Shown: in pieces, positions 52,360 through 64,000 of the stretch
Position numbering within the stretch: the first letter of the stretch is position 1
Layout: each line of letters starts with the position of its first letter
Position numbers and translations under genes: made by a program
Notes under the pieces: generated by a model
Seen by the model: only the letters and a program-made list of their open reading frames with translations
The model's database searches: none
Told to the model about the DNA's origin: nothing
Assembly (NCBI RefSeq): GCF_009914755.1
Contig: NC_060937.1
Source: the human T2T-CHM13v2.0 reference genome, Homo sapiens
Direction: 5' to 3' (one strand)
Length of the DNA: 64,000 bases

Positions 52360-52752
52360 GTTACATCCTTCTCCCTTACCAGTAACTGGTTCAGAAATCC
52401 AGGCCTAAGCCATTGGCAAAGGATATTTTCCTGTCCTAGGGACTGTGTTGAGAATGGGCACATGAGTCGCTCTCATGGCCCAGTTCAGAGTAATGAGATT
52501 CAAGGAGAAATTTGCTGGGGGTTTCTTCTCAGAGAACCAAGGTTGGAGGTGACCCCCAAATGTGGAACCAGTTTGAGGAAAAGTCAGCAGAGGAAGCTGA
52601 GCCACGAGAATCACAGAAACAGAGTCAGGCCACTGGATTAAGCCACTCATACCAACCCTAAGCCTAACCAGCCTCTGCACTTCCAACTATGGAACCTAAT
52701 ATATTTCATGGTTTTCCATTTATTTGCAACAAAAGCAACCTAGCCAATACAC
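52360..52752 (+). mobile_element. Old MLT1 LTR fragment
   Basis: CATGGCCCAGTTCAGAGTAATGAGA...TTGCAACAAAAGCAACCTAGCCAATACA. Confidence 0.5.
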
Positions 52753-52799
52753 ACACACACCACATACACACATATATACACTATAAAATACACATACCC

Positions 52800-53118
52800 A
52801 AATGGGATCATTTTATATATGTTTTACTGTAAATTGCCTTTTTCACTAAATGATATATTGTGAACATCTTTCCAACTAAGCACATTCAGTTTTGCTTCAT
52901 TATTTAAACACTGGGTACTATCTTGTGGAAGTGACACAACATAGCTTCTCCTACTGTGGAATATTTAGGTCGTTTGCAGTTTTTCCCCATTACAAACATG
53001 GCACAGTGACACATATTATGGTATGTCTGTATCAATATGTGCATAAAATGAATTTCTAGTGGAATTGCTTGGTCAAAAAGTCTGAGAATTTAAAATGTTC
53101 ATAAATACTGCTATATTG
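52800..53118 (-). mobile_element. Ancient L1ME fragment (host of the L1PA insertion; resumes at 60771)
   Basis: AGTGGAATTGCTTGGTCAAA..TACTGCTATATTG|CCTTCCAAAAGG..TACTTCCAC..CACATCCTTGCCAACACT reads continuously across the L1PA. Confidence 0.7.
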
Positions 53119-54217
53119 TTGGAGACTCTTCCAAGATGGTAGAAGACAGGCAATTTCTGCATTTCCAACCGAGGTACCTGGTTCATCTCATTGAGACTCG
53201 TTGGACAGTGAGTACAGCCCACAGAGGGTGAGCTGAAGCAGGGTGGGGCATCACCTCACCTGGGAAGCACAAGGGGTCAGGGGATTTCCCTTTCCTAGCC
53301 AAGGGAAGCCATAAGAGACTGTACCGGGAAGAATGGTACACTTCTGCCCAAATACTGTGCTTTTCCCATGGTCTTTGCAACCGGCAGACCAGGAGATGTC
53401 CTCCAGTGCCTGCCTTGAGGGGTCCCATGCCACGGAGCCCAGCAAGCTAAGATCCATTGGCTTGAAATTCTCCCCACTAGCGCAGCAGTCTGAGATCCAC
53501 CTGGGCCACTCAAGCTTGGTGGGGGGAGGGGCATCTGACATTGCTGAGGCTTGTGTAGACAGTTTTACCCTCACAGTGTAAACAAAGCTGCCAGCAAGTT
53601 CAAACTGGGCAGAGTCCACTGCAGCTCAGCAAGGCCGACTGCCTCTCTAGATTCCACCTCTATGGGCAGGGCATATCTGAAGAAAAAGCAGCAGCCCCAG
53701 TCAGGGACTTATAGATAAAACCCTCATCTCCCTGGGACAGAGCACCTGGGGGAAGGGGCAGCTGTGGTCACAGCTTCTACAGACTTAAACATCCCTGCCT
53801 GACAGCTCTGAAGACAGCAGTGGTTCTCCAGCATGGTGTTCGAGCTTTGATAATGGACAGACTGCCTCCTAAAGTGGGTCTCTGACCCCCATGTAGCCTG
53901 ACTGGGAGACATCTCCCAGTAGGGTCCAACAGACACCTCATACAGACAGGTGCCCCTCTGGGACAAAGCTTCCAGAGGAAGGATCAGGCAGCAATATTTG
54001 CTGTTCTGCAGCCTCCGCTGGTGATACCCAGGCAAACAGGGTCTGCAGTGGACCTCCGGCAAACTCCAACAGACCTGCAGCTGAGGGGCCTGACTGTTAA
54101 AAGGAAAACTAACAAACAGAAAGGAATAGCATCAACATCAACAAAAAGGACATCCACACCAAAACCCCATCCGTAGGTCACCAACATCAAAGACCAAAGG
54201 TAGATAAAATCACAAAG

Positions 54218-55238
54218 ATGGGGAGAAACCAGAGCAGAAAGGCTGAAAATTTCAAAAACCAGAATGCCTCTTCTCCTCCAAAGGATCACAACTCCTCGCC
54301 AGCAAGGGAACAAAACTGGACAGAGAATGAGTTTGATGAGTTGACAGAAGTAGGTTTCAGAAGGTGAGTATCAACAAACTTCTCTGAGCTAAAGGAGCAT
54401 GTTCTAAGCCATTTCAAGGAAGCTAAAAACCTTGAAAAAAGGTTAGATGAATGGCTAACCAGAATAACCAGTGTAGAGAACATAAATGACCTGATGGAGC
54501 TGAAAAACACAGCAGAAGAACTTTGTGAAGCATACACAAACTTCAATAGCCGATTTGATCAAGCGGAAGAAAGGATATCAGTGATTGAAGATCAAATTAA
54601 TGAAATAAAGCGAGAAGCAAGATTAGAGAAAAAAGAGTGAAAAGAAATGAACAAAGCCTCCAAGAAATATGGGACTATGTGAAAAGACCAAATCTATGTT
54701 TGATTGGTGTACCTGAAAGTGACAGGGAGAATGGAACCCAGTTAGAAAACACTCTTCAGGATACTCTCCAGGAGAACTTCCCCAGTCTAGCAAGGCAGGC
54801 CAACATTCTAATTCAGGAAATACAGAGAACACCACAAAGATATTCCTTGAGAAGAGCAACCCCAAGACACATAATTATCAGATTCACCAAGGTTGAAATG
54901 AAGGAAAAAATGTTAAGGGCAGCCAGAAAGAAAGGTCGGGTTACCCACAAAGGGAAGCCCATCAGACTAACAGCGGATCTCTCAGCAGAAACCCTACAAG
55001 CAAGAAGAGAGGGGGGGCCAATATTCAACATTCTTAAAGAAAAGAATTTTTAACTCAGATTTTATATCCAGCCAAACTAAGCTTCATAAGTGAAGTAGAA
55101 ATAAAATCCTTTACAGACAAGTGAATGCTGACAGATTTTGTCACCACCAGGCCTGCCTTACAAGAGCTCCTGAAGGAAGCACTAAACATGGAAAGGAAGA
55201 ACCGGTACCAGCCATTGCAAAAACATGCCAAATTGTAA
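54218..55238 (+). pseudogene. L1 ORF1p, disrupted
   Basis: ATG GGG AGA AAC...; in-frame TGA at 54365; fragment KRNEQSLQEIWDYVKRPNL...RLTADLSAETLQARR. Confidence 0.9.
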
Positions 55239-55301
55239 AGACCATCGACACTATGAAACAACTGCATCAACTAATGGTTAAAATAACCACCTAGCATCAT
55301 A

Positions 55302-59125
<3,824 letters not shown>

Positions 59126-59276
59126 ACAATGAGAACACATGGACTCAGGAAGGGCAACATCACACACTGGGGCCTGTTGCGGGGTGGAGGGTTGGGGGAG
59201 GGATAGCATTAGGAGAAATACCTAATGTAAATGACGAGTTAATGGGTGCAGCAAACCAACGTGGCACATGCATCCC

Positions 59277-60690
<1,414 letters not shown>

Positions 60691-60873
60691 TACACCTATG
60701 TAACAAACCTGCATATTGTGCACATGTACCTGAGAACTTAAAGTGTAATAAAAAAAATACTGCTATATTGCCTTCCAAAAGGTTATATCAATTTCTACTT
60801 CCACTAAGAGTATGTGAGCCTACTTACTTCTTCACATCCTTGCCAACACTGGATACTATAAAAAGTTTAAATC

Positions 60874-61167
<294 letters not shown>

Positions 61168-62124
61168 TTAATAATCATATGAAAAATACATCCATTACAT
61201 CCATTTTATAGGCTTTTTGTTGTTAAACTTTCATGCCTTTTGCCTGCTTTTCTATTTAATTATAATTTTCTTGTTGATTTGAAGCAGCTGTTTGTATGGT
61301 TTTTAAAAATAGCAATTTCTCATAGTATTAAAAATTGTATCCCCCTGCTTTTGTTATCTTTTTAGTTTTTTACGGTACATTTTTCATGAGAAAGTTTATG
61401 CAATTTAATGTACTGATGTTTTCCTTTATTCTTACAGGATATTATTTTATGCCTAGAGTCCTTCCCTCATTCTAAGATAATTATTTAAATTCACCAATAT
61501 TTTCTTCTAGTAATTTAAGGTTCATATTTACATTTAAATCTCTGCCCCAAAGGAAGGTTTTTTGCTCTATGCAAATCTGTACTCTTCAATTTTTTTGTTA
61601 TGATGAGCATATATTACTATTATAATTTTTTAAAACATGGTCACAAGCTAGTGTAGTACAGATACGTCTTTCTATGAAAATCTTGACAAAAACCAAACCA
61701 ATAGCAAATGTAATTTGAAAAACACCAATATGGTAAAAGAATGAAAGTAGGCTTCCCATATTTTACTTTGAAATTTGAAAGATCACCATATGTGTGCCTC
61801 CCCCTGGTACCTTGAAACTACTCTCTCATGTGTACACACTGTTCAGTACAAGGGGCCTGCCAGCTTGGTACTTACGGCCACCCTCCTCTTTAGTTAGGCT
61901 TGAAAAAAAGGAAGAAAAGAAGTCAAGAGAAAGTAACAAAGTAAGATACAAGTAAACCGTTGGAAGTGGAATCAGCATTTACTGCCAGCCAGTAACAACT
62001 CTTTCTGAAATGTCTGAGTGCCCGGTAGTACAATGAATTTCTCTACTTCCACCCTAGGAAACGTTTCAAAGCCTCCAGTACTTCCAGTCTCAGTCTATAA
62101 ACCCGAAGTGTCTCCACTGCACAC

Positions 62125-62360
62125 AAAGTTAAGAGCATAGGCTTTGGAGCCAGACTGCCTGGTTCACCCTGGACTCTGTCACTAGTTGTTAGGGACATTG
62201 CTTGAACATCTGTGAGCCTCAATTTTCTCACCTATAAAATGGGGATAATAGTAATACTTACCTTGTATGGATGTCCTGTGGATTAATTACCTGAGTTAAT
62301 ACATGTAAAGCACCTAGATGCCTGAAATATAATAGTGTTCAATCAATATTTACTATTATC
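62125..62360 (+). mobile_element. MIR
   Basis: GTTAAGAGCATAGGCTTTGGAGCCAGACTGCCTGG...CTGTGAGCCTCAATTTTCTCACCTATAAAATGGGGATAATA. Confidence 0.85.
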
Positions 62361-63197
62361 TTTACCAGAGAATAGTTAAGTCTACATGAGCCACAAGTGC
62401 ATTGCAAAAGTCCAGTGGAATAGCAGAAAGGAATTACGGGATGTCCCAGTATTGCTGTTGTTTGACAGCATTGAAAAAATCATGCAAACTCTGTCTTTCT
62501 ATTTTCCTGAACCTATAACACGTGGATGATTAGTTTCCTATTACAGTTAACAACTAATTGTAAAGTGCAGTTAATATGCAGTTTGAGGGCTTCTATTATT
62601 TGTAGTTCTTACTCACTTGACTTAAGACAGGCTATTTTTTCTCCAACTGACTCAGTGCTCTACTCACTACTATTGTGCAATAAAGTTAGAGAAAGTACTG
62701 AATCATTTCAAACCTGCTTATTGATACTAAGATCTCACCATGTAATGACACGAAAGATCTTAGTCACACATAAGGTAATGGTAGTGCAGTTGAGAATAAA
62801 GGAAAGTGTCTTACTTCGTGAGCTGCACAAATGAGGTTCATCTTGTGATAATAATTCTCACAATAACTCTATGAAGTAAGGATTTTATAAAGTTGTCCTA
62901 GGAAGTTCCCCTCCTATAGAAAGGAAAAGAAAACGGGGCCATTTTAGAAGACTACCTATCATATCTATCTGTAGGTATAAGTTTTTTCTGTCACCCCCCC
63001 AAAAAACATACAATTGTGCAATTAAGATGCATGAACTTATTGTTTTATTCCTTTTTCGGCTGTGCTTTCCATCTCTGTGTGGTGTGCTCCACTTTGGCTG
63101 GATTCTTGTCTCATTTCTTACAGTTCACTATTTTATTCTTTGCTATATTTATTCTGCTATTTGGTTTATCTAGTAGGCCCCTTATTTCAGTGATTAT

Positions 63198-63911
<714 letters not shown>

Positions 63912-64000
63912 TAGCTCTAAGGTTTTTAATTATAGTCCAACTTAAAATCTTGTTTGCTCTATTGACTGTTTCCTTGGGCATTCATACTTATATTTATTGG

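Overview
Human genomic DNA: an AluYa5, an essentially human-specific subfamily, is present. The window is intergenic or intronic and dominated by repeats. I found no recognisable protein-coding gene, CpG island, tRNA/rRNA or CRISPR array. It holds about 50 Alu elements and a full-length, inactive L1PA6-like LINE-1 (53119-60754). That L1 carries a MER11 solo LTR in its 3' UTR, and the LTR in turn carries an AluY. Also present are a full-length decayed HSMAR2 mariner, several ERV/MaLR solo LTRs (including a MER61-type LTR with a triple p53 half-site), and old L1M/L2/MIR/MER5 fragments. Nearly all ORFs in the supplied track are Alu- or L1-derived. Two signals are not explained by ordinary repeat annotation. 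One is a ~97%-identical 181-bp inverted duplication of ancient L1M sequence with template-switch scars (5984-6164 vs 7517-7697). The other is a chain of + strand splice signals and a poly(A) site (11266-14670, also 18835-18916) suggesting a spliced lncRNA or micro-ORF transcript downstream of the p53-site LTR. All subfamily names come from recalled consensus sequences read by eye and need RepeatMasker/Dfam confirmation. Boundaries of old repeats are approximate.
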